NCBI GenBank assembly: GCA_963664225.1
Contig: OY760937.1
Coordinates: forward strand, 5,440,001-5,504,000
DNA from: Verrucomicrobiia bacterium
Lineage (GTDB): Bacteria; Verrucomicrobiota; Verrucomicrobiia; Limisphaerales; UBA1319
Direction: 5' to 3'
DNA length: 64,000 nucleotides
The stretch's first letter is position 1. The number at the start of each line of letters is the position of its first letter. The notes beneath the pieces were generated by a model. That model was not told the DNA's origin. It was given only the letters and a program-made list of their open reading frames with translations, and made no database searches. A program made the position numbers and the translations under genes. Positions 39,379-49,350 of this stretch are shown piece by piece.

Positions 39379-39864
39379 TTACTGCGCCATTTTAGCGATC
39401 AGACTGGTGGTCGATTTGCCTGGCACCAAGGGCAGGATGACAATGCGTCCCCCGGCGGCTTCAACGGTGCGGCGCTCGGTTTGATCCAAGGTGTCCAGAG
39501 TGTAATCTCCGCCCTTCACGTAGATATCTGGTTGAACGAGTTGGAGAAATTGATCGGCGCGCGTTTCGGAGAAAATGGCGACTCCATCGACGCATTCGAG
39601 GGCTGCGATGACGGTTGCGCGGTCCTGTTCCGAGTTGAGGGGGCGTGTTGGACCTTTAAGGGAGCGGACCGAGGTGTCGCTGTTGAGACCGATTAAAAGC
39701 GCTCCACCCAGATTGCGGGCTGCTTCCAGATAAGTGACATGACCGGCATGGAGGAGGTCGAAGCATCCATTGGTGACGACCAGAGGAGTTCCGCGTTTGC
39801 GCAAAGAGTCCCTCCAATGGGGCAGGTCAGCCAAAGACAGAATCTTTCGGGTTGGATTTAACAT
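39379..39864 (-). CDS. rfaE2: Heptose-1-phosphate adenylyltransferase (RfaE/HldE domain II, stand-alone)
   Basis: TNGCFDLLHAGH, GLNSD.SVR.LKG..RP, VKGGDY and STT motifs; start at ATG 39864. Confidence 0.9.
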   Translation of the reverse strand: MLNPTRKILSLADLPHWRDSLRKRGTPLVVTNGCFDLLHAGHVTYLEAARNLGGALLIGLNSDTSVRSLKGPTRPLNSEQDRATVIAALECVDGVAIFSETRADQFLQLVQPDIYVKGGDYTLDTLDQTERRTVEAAGGRIVILPLVPGKSTTSLIAKMAQ

Positions 39865-39972
39865 GGTACAACCGGTCAAGACTGAAGAATCTCGTAATCG
39901 GAGGTTCTCAAACGACCCAATTAAAACGCCCATCCGCCTGGATGGGCGCCGCTTCAAAACCAAAAATGCAGG

Positions 39973-40071
39973 CTAGGCCTTCGCAGGCTTGGCCTTGGCG
40001 CCTTCCTTCTTGCGCTTCAGATAGGCTTCACGACGACGGCGTTTAATCGTTTTATTACTTTGTTTGCTCAT
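39973..40071 (-). CDS. 32-aa highly basic small protein (below the ORF-track cutoff)
   Basis: ATG..TAG gives MSKQSNKTIKRRRREAYLKRKKEGAKAKPAKA. It fills an intergenic gap and has protein-like codon usage (CGT/CGC, AAG, GCC). Confidence 0.7.
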   Translation of the reverse strand: MSKQSNKTIKRRRREAYLKRKKEGAKAKPAKA

Positions 40072-40119
40072 ATCGATCTTTACTTTGCTGACACTATTCT
40101 TTTGTCTAGTGGGAAAAGT

Positions 40120-40650
40120 ATGAAGATTTGGTTTTTACGTTACAACATCTTTTTTTTGGTGGCTATGGCCCTGTTTATGGGCTGCAAGTCCGATTCCCCC
40201 GAAAAAACTGAAAAAAAGAAGCAGGAAAAGGAGCTTTCCACGATTCGCCTGCACATGGAGGTGAATCCAGATGGCACTGATCGGACAACGACCGTCACAG
40301 TGTACCGGGCCAATCCGATGCTTGTGGGAATGTGGCGTGAGGCGTTTCTTGATCAAAGTTATCTGGAGGAGGCGACTGTGGTGGAGGATCCGGGTGGTTA
40401 TTCGATCCGGCTTAAATTCGATTACCCGCGAGGCGCCCGGTTTCTGGAAATGGCCACAACCTCCTATAAAGGCCAGCGCATCATCGTGGAAAGCGCGTTT
40501 CCCGAATTTCGCTGCCTTGCCGCCCCGGTGATCACGCGTCGCATTGTGGATGGGATTTTTGAATTCACGCCCGACGCTTCCCGTGAAGAAACGGAGAGGA
40601 TCGTGCGCGGGTTGAATAATCTTGTTAAGAAAATGAAGAAGGACAAGTAA
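40120..40650 (+). CDS. Lipoprotein resembling an isolated SecD/SecF P1-head subdomain
   Basis: Lipobox LFMGC; pattern A.V.....SIRLKF...GA..L...T....G.RI.......LAAPVI...I..G. Start at ATG 40120. Confidence 0.6.
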   Translation: MKIWFLRYNIFFLVAMALFMGCKSDSPEKTEKKKQEKELSTIRLHMEVNPDGTDRTTTVTVYRANPMLVGMWREAFLDQSYLEEATVVEDPGGYSIRLKFDYPRGARFLEMATTSYKGQRIIVESAFPEFRCLAAPVITRRIVDGIFEFTPDASREETERIVRGLNNLVKKMKKDK

Positions 40651-40760
40651 TTCGAACTATCGTGCAGATTCAGGTCGTGCTGGCGACCGTAGATGATTCA
40701 AGGGGTCCTGTCTGATGTTTCAAAATATAATTAACCAATGAGCGTCCCTGTACGCATAGA

Positions 40761-41783
40761 ATGAGACTTTTAAATTTCAATTGGCTGGCTGGGATATTTT
40801 CCATGGCCCTTCTGTTGTGCGGTGTGAATGGCCAGTCTTTGCGGTTGCCCACCGCCAACACGGCCCTTTACGAATCAGGTGGTGAAGAGCGGTATTTCGT
40901 GGGGACTGTGGGAAAAACCTGGGTCAGCGGGACATTCGGCTGTGTACGATCCAACGGCCAGCAATTGCACGAGGGCATCGATATTCGTTGCATGCAAAGG
41001 GATCGCCGGGGCGAACCAGTGGATCCTGTTTTGGCGACGGCTGGAGGCGAAGTGGCTTATATGAATTTGAAGCAGGGCCTTTCAAATTACGGGAGATATC
41101 TGGTGCTGCGACACCGGATTGACGGTGTAGAGGTGTATTCACTTTATGCGCACTTGAAGGAATTTCGTTCTGGTCTGGCCATGGGCCAGAGAGTGCAAGC
41201 AGGGGAGGTGGTTGCCACGATGGGACGCACGGCCAACACCCAGCAAGGGATTGCCAAGGATCGTGCTCATTTACATTTTGAGCTCAACCTTTTTGTCAAT
41301 GACCGGTTTGCCTCCTGGTTTAAGGGTGCGAATCCCGGCCAACGAAATGATCATGGCCTCTGGAATGGTCAAAACCTGGCTGGCTTGGATCCCCGGTTGG
41401 TTCTGTTGGCCGAAAAAGAGCAGGGCGGTGGATTCAATCTGCTTCAATTTACCCGGAATCAGACGGAGTTGTGCCGGGTTTATGTGCGCAGCACGCACTT
41501 TCCGTGGCTGCGGCGCTATCCGGCGCTCATTCGGCGCAATCCAGTTGCTGAAAAAGAGGGGATTGCCGGATATGAGATCGCTCTGAATTACGCAGGCCTG
41601 CCGTATGAACTCATTCCCAGATCGGCATCGGAGATCAAACCCGGTGGCTCCAAATATCAGCTCCTTGGCGTTAATGAATCCGAGGTGTCGAAAAATCCCG
41701 CGCGCCATCTGGTGGCGCTCCAAGGCGGTCATTGGATTCTGACGACGCACGGACGAAAATTGCTCGATTTGCTGACCTATTGA
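40761..41783 (+). CDS. M23 family metallopeptidase
   Basis: HEGID, YG.Y.VL.H, YAHL and HLHFE motifs; signal peptide. Confidence 0.9.
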   Translation: MRLLNFNWLAGIFSMALLLCGVNGQSLRLPTANTALYESGGEERYFVGTVGKTWVSGTFGCVRSNGQQLHEGIDIRCMQRDRRGEPVDPVLATAGGEVAYMNLKQGLSNYGRYLVLRHRIDGVEVYSLYAHLKEFRSGLAMGQRVQAGEVVATMGRTANTQQGIAKDRAHLHFELNLFVNDRFASWFKGANPGQRNDHGLWNGQNLAGLDPRLVLLAEKEQGGGFNLLQFTRNQTELCRVYVRSTHFPWLRRYPALIRRNPVAEKEGIAGYEIALNYAGLPYELIPRSASEIKPGGSKYQLLGVNESEVSKNPARHLVALQGGHWILTTHGRKLLDLLTY

Positions 41784-41888
41784 AGAGCCACGAGCAATGA
41801 GTAATGTGCAATGGGACGTGGCTAAAGGATCCCGAAGGTGAAGAAAGCCCAAGACGACGGCAAGGCCGCCGTCCTGGGATGAATTAGT

Positions 41889-42313
41889 GGCTCCGAAAGG
41901 GCTATAAGCCGAGTTCTGTCTTCGTTCCACAAGGGAAACGGAGAGGATCATTTATCTAAGCAGCCGTACCCGGGACTCCGGCTTTCGCCTTGAAACGGGC
42001 CGCTTCAAGAGTCCCCTATTTGGCCTTGCACCCGATGGGGTTTTCCGTGCCCCTACAATTACTTGCAGAGCGGTGGGCTTTTACCCCGCCTTTTCACCCT
42101 TACCGATTTGGCAGACGCAGACTCCTGGTTTCCCAGGAACCGCGAAGCCTTGTCGGCGGTTTAATTTTCTGTGGCACTTTCCATCGACGCGCTTTTCAGC
42201 GCAGCCTTCCGCCTGTATCCCTTTTGACAGGGTTAAGCGGCATCGTGCCCTATGGTGTTCGGACTTTCCTCCCCCGGTTTGCACCGGAAGCGATCCTCCA
42301 TCCTTTCGAAGCC
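41889..42313 (-). ncRNA. rnpB: RNase P RNA (bacterial type A)
   Basis: Minus strand has GAGGAAAGTCC near the 5' end, AGTGCCACAGAAA, and ACAGAACTCGGCTTA near the 3' end. The termini GGCTTCGAAAGG and CCTTTCGGAGCC pair as P1. Confidence 0.96.
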
Positions 42314-42319
42314 GGGTGC

Positions 42320-42348
42320 AAGCTAGGCGCTCCGCGCGTGTAAAGCAA
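42320..42348 (-). promoter_or_regulatory. Sigma-70 promoter of rnpB
   Basis: TTGCTT-N17-TAGCTT, 6 nt before the predicted P1 5' end. Confidence 0.7.
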
Positions 42349-42423
42349 GCAGGGTGAATAGCAAATGCGATATGAAATTGGTAATACCCTGGCTTTCAGC
42401 GAGGAAACGCAGGGATTGAATTC

Positions 42424-44376
42424 TCACCAATCCTTGAATCCTGCAGACTTGGGCTTTTGTTGAGGAACAAAATTCATCGCTTTCTCCCCTTCTTTCTGGG
42501 AATCCAAAAGCTGGCGCGCTTGCTGGGGCGTCATTTTTCCATCAGGTTTCGGGCTTTGGGCTTGGGCGGTCTGGTTGGTCGGGGCTGTTTGATCCGGTTG
42601 CGCTGACTTTTGCTCGGCGTTTTCTTTTTTTTCCGAATTCTGCTTCTGGTCCTTTGCGGCTTGTTCGTCTTTTTTGGAATTTTGCTCCTGAGATTGTTTT
42701 TTGTCTGAATCTTGCTGGGATTTCTGGTCTTTGTCAGGCTGTGGCTGCTTTTGGTCCTGTTTTTTGGAATCGGACGGTTTTTGATCTTTGGAATCGTCTT
42801 TTTTGTTCTGGTCTTTGTTTTCTTTATTCTGGTCTGGAGACTGTTGTGGAGGTTGTTTTTTTAATTCCTCCAGCGCCTTTTTGACGAATTCCGAGTTGTT
42901 TTTCGCATCTTTATCCTTTGGATTTAATTTCAGAGCGGACTCGTAATTCTTCATCGCTTGTTCCCAAGCCCCCATTTTTTCTTTAGCCTCCGGCGCTTTC
43001 TCGCCGAGGCGATAATAGGCATTGCCCAGGTTGTAATAGGCATTTTCCTGAAGAGAGAGGTTCTGTGATAAGGTCGCCTGCTCGAGCTCGGACACGGCGC
43101 GTTCATATTCCCTGGCCTGATAGGCGGCGGTTCCTGCGTTGAATGGCAATCGCTCGTCCTTGGGATTGTTTTTCTGAAGCCGCTCGTATTCCTTGAGGGC
43201 CTCGGGATAGTTTCCCTTGTTATAGAGATCCAAGGCCTTATCTGAGGAAGCCGTTGTCGTGGTTGCGCTCAAGATGAAGGCCAGCGCACCCGCAATGGTA
43301 GCGCTTTGCGAGACTTTGGCGCCTAAAGTCGATTTGGACCGACGCTTGATCCGTAGTCGGACCGGCAGGAATATCTCGACAATCAACAATGCGATAGCAG
43401 CACCGAGGGGCCACTGGAAACGCTCCTGGTAATGTTTAAGAATGCGCGGCGGACGTTTTTCAGTTGTTGGAATGCCACCGACTCTGATTTGGCCCAATAG
43501 CGGAGCCAAACCACGCTCGTAAAGCACGTCCATCGTGTTTGCGCCCCTCAAGGGAAGATAAAAACCGTGTGTTCCTTTGGCCACGTTCTGAAGTAAAGCC
43601 TCGTTTAAATGGGATTTGACCATGTTCCCTTCCTCGTCCTTAACGAACGGTCCGCTGTCCTTTTCGTCCTTGATGGGGATCAGCTCACCTTGGGAAGTTC
43701 CCACTCCGATTGTGAAAATGCGAACACCCGCTTTTTCCGCGGCCTCCACTGCGCCAGTGACTCCTTCCTCGTGATCTTCGCCGTCGGTGATCAAAATAAT
43801 CGCTTTTTCGTTGTTCTCATCCTCTTTGAAAGCTTTGAGGGCGATGCGAATGGCTTCGGCAATGGACGTGCCTCCCTGCGGAATGAAACCGACATCGATG
43901 AGATTCAGACTCTGACGATAGGCCTCATCATCCACAGTGAGCGGGCATTGCAGAAAGGCCGTTCCAGCAAAGGCGACCAGACCGAGACGATCTGTCTTTG
44001 CCAGAGGCATCAATTCGAGAGCAGCCAATTTGGCGCGTGCCATTCGATTAGGAGCAACGTCCTGTGTGGACATGCTGCGCGAAGTGTCCAAGGCGACTAC
44101 AATATCCAGCCCGCTCTGTTTGAGTTCCTCCAGTGTAAATCCCCATTGTGGACGTGCGAGCGCAAGCATGAGGAACGCAACGCTCGCAAGGATCAGAATC
44201 ATCCGCAGTTTTTGAATGGCTGGCTTAAGGCCGACGGTCAGGTTGGCCAGCAATCGCGAGCGAACAAACAAGCCCATGTCTCTCTGCCGCTTGCGCCAGG
44301 CAAAGAACATAAAGACAGACAGCAATCCAACCACCGCAAGCAGGATGAGGAGCATGGGAGGGTTTCCAAATTTCAT
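42424..44376 (-). CDS. BatB-like VWA domain fused to BatC-like TPR region and Q/K/D-rich tail
   Basis: LARPQWG, DTSRSM (MIDAS), P.R...AK, TDGEDH, YNLGNAYY TPRs, low-complexity tail ending KDW; ATGA overlap with batA. Confidence 0.88.
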   Translation of the reverse strand: MKFGNPPMLLILLAVVGLLSVFMFFAWRKRQRDMGLFVRSRLLANLTVGLKPAIQKLRMILILASVAFLMLALARPQWGFTLEELKQSGLDIVVALDTSRSMSTQDVAPNRMARAKLAALELMPLAKTDRLGLVAFAGTAFLQCPLTVDDEAYRQSLNLIDVGFIPQGGTSIAEAIRIALKAFKEDENNEKAIILITDGEDHEEGVTGAVEAAEKAGVRIFTIGVGTSQGELIPIKDEKDSGPFVKDEEGNMVKSHLNEALLQNVAKGTHGFYLPLRGANTMDVLYERGLAPLLGQIRVGGIPTTEKRPPRILKHYQERFQWPLGAAIALLIVEIFLPVRLRIKRRSKSTLGAKVSQSATIAGALAFILSATTTTASSDKALDLYNKGNYPEALKEYERLQKNNPKDERLPFNAGTAAYQAREYERAVSELEQATLSQNLSLQENAYYNLGNAYYRLGEKAPEAKEKMGAWEQAMKNYESALKLNPKDKDAKNNSEFVKKALEELKKQPPQQSPDQNKENKDQNKKDDSKDQKPSDSKKQDQKQPQPDKDQKSQQDSDKKQSQEQNSKKDEQAAKDQKQNSEKKENAEQKSAQPDQTAPTNQTAQAQSPKPDGKMTPQQARQLLDSQKEGEKAMNFVPQQKPKSAGFKDW

Positions 44377-45368
44377 GGCAGTTTCCTCCAAACGGTATGG
44401 CCTAGAATAATTTCCAGGAGCAGCAGGAACAAGCCTGGTACGACCGCATAATCGAAGACGTCGTTGTAACGCTGGAATTTTTTGACTGTGGCCTCGGTTT
44501 TTTCCAGACGATCAATTTCCGCATAAACGCGGCGCAGGGTGTCCGAACTATCCGCGCGGTAATATTTTCCCCCTGTCTTTTCCGCGATCTGTTTAAGAGT
44601 GTCCTCGTCGATATCCACCTTTATTTGCACGTAAACCTTGCGCCCGAACATGTCGGTTTGGGGGTAGGGGGCGACGCCGCGGGTGCCAACGCCGATGGTA
44701 TAAACCTTCACCCCCAAAGCTTGGGCGGCTTCGGCAGCGGTCAAGGGGGGCACCTGTCCGGCGTTGTTTTGGCCATCAGTCATCAGAATTATGATTTTGC
44801 TTTTCGAGGGGATGTCCTTGAGGCGGTTAAGAGAGGCTGTAAGCGCCGCGCCTATCGCTGTTCGATCCTCAATAGTGCCAATGTCCAGGCGCTCGAGGTT
44901 GTTTAAAAAGAAATCATGATCCAGCGTCAGCGGCGCTGCAATGTAAGCCCGTCCGGCGAAGGCGACCAGACCAATGCGGTCGTTTTCACGTTTGAGGACG
45001 AACTTTTGTAGAACTTCTTTTGCTACTTCGAGGCGGTTTGCACGCTGCCCCTGCAGTTCAAAGTCCTCAGAAGCCATGCTGCTGGACAAATCCAAAGCAA
45101 CCACAATGTCGATGCCGCTTGCGGTGATTTTTGCATGGCCTTCACCCAATTGGGGGCGGGCAAAACCAATAATGAACAAGGCCAGAGCGAGCCAACGCAT
45201 TCGGGGCAGGATGGCTCCGGCCTTCGAACGTGTGATGCCCGTGATACCTTTAACCAATTGAACCGAAGAATAAAGAAAAGCGGATTCGCGACCGTAACGC
45301 CCCCGCAGCCAGGCTAAAAACAGCAAGGTTGGCAATAAAAGTAAAAACCAGGGATGGGCGAAGGTCAT
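44373..45368 (-). CDS. batA: BatA-like VWA domain membrane protein
   Basis: FAHPW, ARPQ, DLSSSM, DRIGLVAF, TAIG.A, TDGQNNAG and IA..TGG.YYRA motifs. Confidence 0.9.
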   Translation of the reverse strand: MTFAHPWFLLLLPTLLFLAWLRGRYGRESAFLYSSVQLVKGITGITRSKAGAILPRMRWLALALFIIGFARPQLGEGHAKITASGIDIVVALDLSSSMASEDFELQGQRANRLEVAKEVLQKFVLKRENDRIGLVAFAGRAYIAAPLTLDHDFFLNNLERLDIGTIEDRTAIGAALTASLNRLKDIPSKSKIIILMTDGQNNAGQVPPLTAAEAAQALGVKVYTIGVGTRGVAPYPQTDMFGRKVYVQIKVDIDEDTLKQIAEKTGGKYYRADSSDTLRRVYAEIDRLEKTEATVKKFQRYNDVFDYAVVPGLFLLLLEIILGHTVWRKLP

Positions 45369-45958
45369 GCGATGACGGGGGGGTCCGAGTTTTTCGCGAG
45401 TTCCGCCTGGGCATCGGACTGTGGGTGCGGGCAGGTTTCATCTACCAGTCGGAGGGCCGCATCGTAAAGAGCCTGCAACTCGTTTTGGCCTGGCTCGTAG
45501 CGTGCGAATTTCACCATGTCACACTGGCGCAGAAAGTCGGCGAGCAGCGTTTTGTGAGGGCCGGAGAGTTTGTGACTGGACTGCAACTCAGAAAGGAACT
45601 CTTCTGTGGTACGCTCCGGGGCTCTCAAATCAAAGCGTTCCTCAAGATAGACTCGCGCGGCATCGCTGACGAAGATCGTGAACGGTTTGGGTTGCCCCAT
45701 GAGCGCTAATGCTTGCTGGAGTTTCTCCCGGGCGCGCACTTCGGGGGGAATCGGCGCCTCTGGTGCTTCCAACACTTTGTTGCGCCTGCGTTTCCACCAC
45801 CACCAGGCTGCAGCACCGAGTATCAGCAGCAGCAACAACACCCATAACCAACCCCATCCTGAAGGAATGAAGACCGGTGGGCGAATGGGTTGGATATCCA
45901 TTGTCGCCGCTGGAACGGCAGGGGCTGCCTTAACGATATATCGCCGTTGCAATTTCAT
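45365..45958 (-). CDS. Bat-cluster single-TM protein (DUF4381-like)
   Basis: DI.PI, one TM, R.YLE.RF...A.E.TT.E and D.VKFA motifs; overlaps both neighbours by 4 nt. Confidence 0.82.
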   Translation of the reverse strand: MKLQRRYIVKAAPAVPAATMDIQPIRPPVFIPSGWGWLWVLLLLLILGAAAWWWWKRRRNKVLEAPEAPIPPEVRAREKLQQALALMGQPKPFTIFVSDAARVYLEERFDLRAPERTTEEFLSELQSSHKLSGPHKTLLADFLRQCDMVKFARYEPGQNELQALYDAALRLVDETCPHPQSDAQAELAKNSDPPVIA

Positions 45959-46911
45959 CCTCTTCGCCGCCTTTTCTCACGTGTCTCAAAAAAGCGCCCA
46001 AGCGCCGCCACGTACGATTCATCTGTGCGCAGTTGGATGGAATCAATTTTAGCAGAGCGAAACAGGCGAATTAGATCTTCCTGGGCTTGGGTTTGACGTT
46101 GGGCAAAGGTGCGACGTTTACGTTCATCGCCTGTGTTGACTTCAACGACCTCACCGGTTTCCGCGTCTTTAAGGATCAACCTTCCCAGGGCGGGAAGCTC
46201 CATTTCATAGCGGTCCACCACATGCACAGCCACCACATCATGGCGCCGATTGGCCTGGCGCAGAGAGGTGAGGGAGGCTTGAGCCAGCGTTTCGGAGAGC
46301 ACCACTTTGCGGCGCAAGTGGGCTGTAATTTCGGCCCGCGTTGGGAACGTTTGTCCCAGGAAATCGGAGATTACGACGGCGATGGCCCGGTGCGGCGTGA
46401 CTCGAACCAGAAACTCCAGGGCACAATTTAAATCAGTGCCGCGGTGTTTGGATTCGTGATATAAAATCTCACGAATTACGCGCAGGACGTGACGGCGTCC
46501 TTTGCGGGGAGGGATGAATTTCTCAACTGTTTCGGTAAAAATAATCAAACCGACCTTGTCGTTGTTGCGGATTGCTGAGAATGCCAGCACAGAAGCGATT
46601 TCCGCAGCCAGTTCCCGTTTCGTTTGTTCGCCGGAGCCGAACAGTCCCGAACCGCTTAAATCGACAATCAGCATCAGGGTCAATTCGCGCTCTTCCACGA
46701 ATTTTTTTACGAATGGATGGTTCATTCGGGCCGTCACGTTCCAATCGATGGAACGGACCTCGTCGCCAGGCTGGTATTCGCGCACCTCCTCAAAATTCAT
46801 GCCCTGACCCTTGAATACACTATGGTAATGCCCGGCAAGCGATTCGCTGACCAAACGGGTGGTCCGCAACTCGATGGCGCGTATTTTTTTGAGCAGTTCG
46901 CGTGGAATCAT
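45955..46911 (-). CDS. DUF58 domain protein
   Basis: SVFKGQGMNFEEVREYQPGDEVRSIDWNVTAR, EERE and ISDF motifs. Confidence 0.92.
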   Translation of the reverse strand: MIPRELLKKIRAIELRTTRLVSESLAGHYHSVFKGQGMNFEEVREYQPGDEVRSIDWNVTARMNHPFVKKFVEERELTLMLIVDLSGSGLFGSGEQTKRELAAEIASVLAFSAIRNNDKVGLIIFTETVEKFIPPRKGRRHVLRVIREILYHESKHRGTDLNCALEFLVRVTPHRAIAVVISDFLGQTFPTRAEITAHLRRKVVLSETLAQASLTSLRQANRRHDVVAVHVVDRYEMELPALGRLILKDAETGEVVEVNTGDERKRRTFAQRQTQAQEDLIRLFRSAKIDSIQLRTDESYVAALGRFFETREKRRRRG

Positions 46912-46966
46912 GGTGTGTTTTTATCCGGACAGGTACAAGTGGCCTGTAACCATTACCTTGTATGCA

Positions 46967-47956
46967 TCAGGGAACTGGCAATTCGTCGAAGATTTTTTGA
47001 ATGACCGTTTCGCTGGTTTTTTCTTCGGCCTCCGCTTCATAGGTCACCGCGACGCGGTGACGGAGCACATCCATGCCGATGGATTTGACATCCTGTGGGA
47101 TGACGTAACCACGGCCCTGGAGGAACGCATAAGCCTTGGCTGCGAGAGTGAGCGAAATTGTGGCACGCGGTGAAGCCCCCAATTGAATAAGGGACTTGAG
47201 ATCGATTTTATAGAATTCTGGTTCGCGGGTGGCGCAGACGATGTCCACGATGTAATCCTTGACTTTGTCATCGATGTAAATGTCATTGATGACCCGACGC
47301 GCCTCAAGGATCTGGCTGGCCTGGACCACCGGCTGGGTTTCCGGTGGATTGTTGGTTCGGGCCATCAACTCCAATATCTGACGTTCTTCCGCCCGTGATG
47401 GGTATCCGATTTTCAATTTCAACATGAAGCGGTCAACTTGGGCTTCGGGAAGAGGATAAGTGCCTTCCTGTTCGATAGGATTCTGAGTGGCAAGGACCAG
47501 GAAAGGTTCTTCCAAAGGAAAGGTATGGTCGCCAATGGTCACCTGTTTTTCCTGCATGGCTTCCAGAAGGGCGCTCTGGACTTTGGCCGGTGCGCGGTTG
47601 ATTTCATCGGCAAGCACCAGATGAGCAAAGACGGGTCCCTTGCGCGTCGTAAAACCACCGGAACCGGGGTTGTATATCTGGGTGCCCACAATGTCTGCGG
47701 GAAGCATATCCGGTGTGAATTGGAGACGCGAAAACTTCAGATGGATGCAATGGGCCAGGGATTTGACCGAGAGCGTTTTGGCCAATCCAGGCACGCCTTC
47801 CAGCAGAAGGTGCCCATTGGCCAAAAGACCGATGACCAGACGCTCCACGAGGTATTTCTGGCCAATGACCACTTTGTTCATCTCACTGTACAAGGGCTGC
47901 AAAAATGCACCGGCCCGTTGCACTTCCTCATTAATGGCACTGATACCCGCATTCAT
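46967..47956 (-). CDS. moxR: MoxR family AAA+ ATPase
   Basis: LLEGVPGLAKT, QFTPDMLPAD, DEINRAPAKVQSALLEAM and ATQNPIEQEGTYPLPEAQ.DRF motifs. Confidence 0.95.
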   Translation of the reverse strand: MNAGISAINEEVQRAGAFLQPLYSEMNKVVIGQKYLVERLVIGLLANGHLLLEGVPGLAKTLSVKSLAHCIHLKFSRLQFTPDMLPADIVGTQIYNPGSGGFTTRKGPVFAHLVLADEINRAPAKVQSALLEAMQEKQVTIGDHTFPLEEPFLVLATQNPIEQEGTYPLPEAQVDRFMLKLKIGYPSRAEERQILELMARTNNPPETQPVVQASQILEARRVINDIYIDDKVKDYIVDIVCATREPEFYKIDLKSLIQLGASPRATISLTLAAKAYAFLQGRGYVIPQDVKSIGMDVLRHRVAVTYEAEAEEKTSETVIQKIFDELPVP

Positions 47957-48184
47957 AATGTAATCTTAACAACAGTTGACCACTTAGCCGCCGATTTGTT
48001 CAGAACCGGCTCCTTCCAAAGGAGTTGGCCGGGAGTCAGGCAGCGACGCGTTAAAAAGGTCCCGCGCCATTTTTCTGCCTGATTGAGCTTAATGCGTCAA
48101 TCGCCTTGTCAATCGGGGATGACACAGTTTATTAATAGGCTTGGAAAGGCTGTGGCGGAAAACCAGCCATTACACTAAAACCGC

Positions 48185-49324
48185 ATGATCGGTGCATTAT
48201 TGACAATTAACGACAGCGTCCGCGAATTCATTCGACGGATACCCATGGCTGCGTCTGGAATGGACTCTGAATCCCAGACGTCACAAGAAGCGGATTTCAA
48301 CGAGATGGCCCTTGCCATTGCGAAGGTGCAAATACAGCTAAACCCTTTGCTCAAGGCGCTTTGCCAAAAAAGGAAGATCGATTCATCGGGACTCAAACAC
48401 TGGATGGAAATTCCGGCTGTGCCCACCACAGCTTTCAAAACGTCCGGGTGTAGTTGCCTGCCTGCGAAGGACTTGACCACCATATTTCATTCGAGTGGCA
48501 CCACTTGTCAAAACGCCAGTTGCCATGGGCATAGCGAGAAAACGCTCGCCATTTATGAGGCATCTGTAGTGCCATGGTTTAATTACCATTTGTGCGGTGA
48601 CGACAACAAGAAATTGAGTTTCCTGTCCCTGACGCCTTCGTTTCTGAATGCGCCACATTCCTCACTGGCGCACATGATGACCACAGTCATGAACCATTGG
48701 GGTGGGGGAACGGGTCAGTTCACGGGGGTGGTGGATGCCGACCTGGGATGGATTTTGGATACTCAAAAAACAGTAAAGGCACTTGAGGAGGCAGTGAATG
48801 GAAAACAACCGATGATGGTTTTAGGAACGGCCTTTTCATTTGTGCATCTTCTGGATCACTTGCATAAGTGCAATAGGCAGTTTGCACTGCCTGCAGGTTC
48901 TCGCGTGATGGAAACAGGCGGTTACAAAGGACGCTCTCGCACAATGCCCAAGGTTGAATTGCACCGGATTATATCCCGTTGGTTGGGAGTTCGGAGATCA
49001 GACATCGTTTGCGAATATGGCATGTGCGAGTTGAGTTCGCAGGCCTACGATTGCCGTTACTCTTCAATACCGGGAATAGAGCCTGACGAGAAGGAGCGAG
49101 TGTTTCATTTTCCGCCGTGGGCGAGGATGTGCGTCGTTTCCCCTGAAAATGGTCAAGAGGTCAAGGAAGGAGAAACAGGTTTGATTCGTGTATGCGATAT
49201 CGCCAATATTGGCTCCAGTATTATGGTGCAAACGGAAGATTTGGGAATCAAGCGTGGCAACGGTTTTGAGCTGGTCGGGCGAGCGGTGGAGTCCGAACCT
49301 CGTGGCTGTTCCTTGATGTCATAA
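48185..49324 (+). CDS. LuxE-like acyl-protein synthetase
   Basis: IPAVP..AFK, SSGTT, METGGYKG, EYGMCELSSQAY, TEDLG, GR and C-terminal PRGCSL. Confidence 0.85.
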   Translation: MIGALLTINDSVREFIRRIPMAASGMDSESQTSQEADFNEMALAIAKVQIQLNPLLKALCQKRKIDSSGLKHWMEIPAVPTTAFKTSGCSCLPAKDLTTIFHSSGTTCQNASCHGHSEKTLAIYEASVVPWFNYHLCGDDNKKLSFLSLTPSFLNAPHSSLAHMMTTVMNHWGGGTGQFTGVVDADLGWILDTQKTVKALEEAVNGKQPMMVLGTAFSFVHLLDHLHKCNRQFALPAGSRVMETGGYKGRSRTMPKVELHRIISRWLGVRRSDIVCEYGMCELSSQAYDCRYSSIPGIEPDEKERVFHFPPWARMCVVSPENGQEVKEGETGLIRVCDIANIGSSIMVQTEDLGIKRGNGFELVGRAVESEPRGCSLMS

Positions 49325-49350
49325 TCTGAATCGCATCCGGACAAAGATTT

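Noticed and set aside
41990..42357. ORFs of 67-117 aa
   Set aside because: They lie within the RNase P RNA gene.
42540..42860. Repetitive T-rich tract considered as a tandem repeat or CRISPR
   Set aside because: It encodes the Q/K/D-rich low-complexity linker of the BatB-C fusion; there is no fixed repeat-spacer period.
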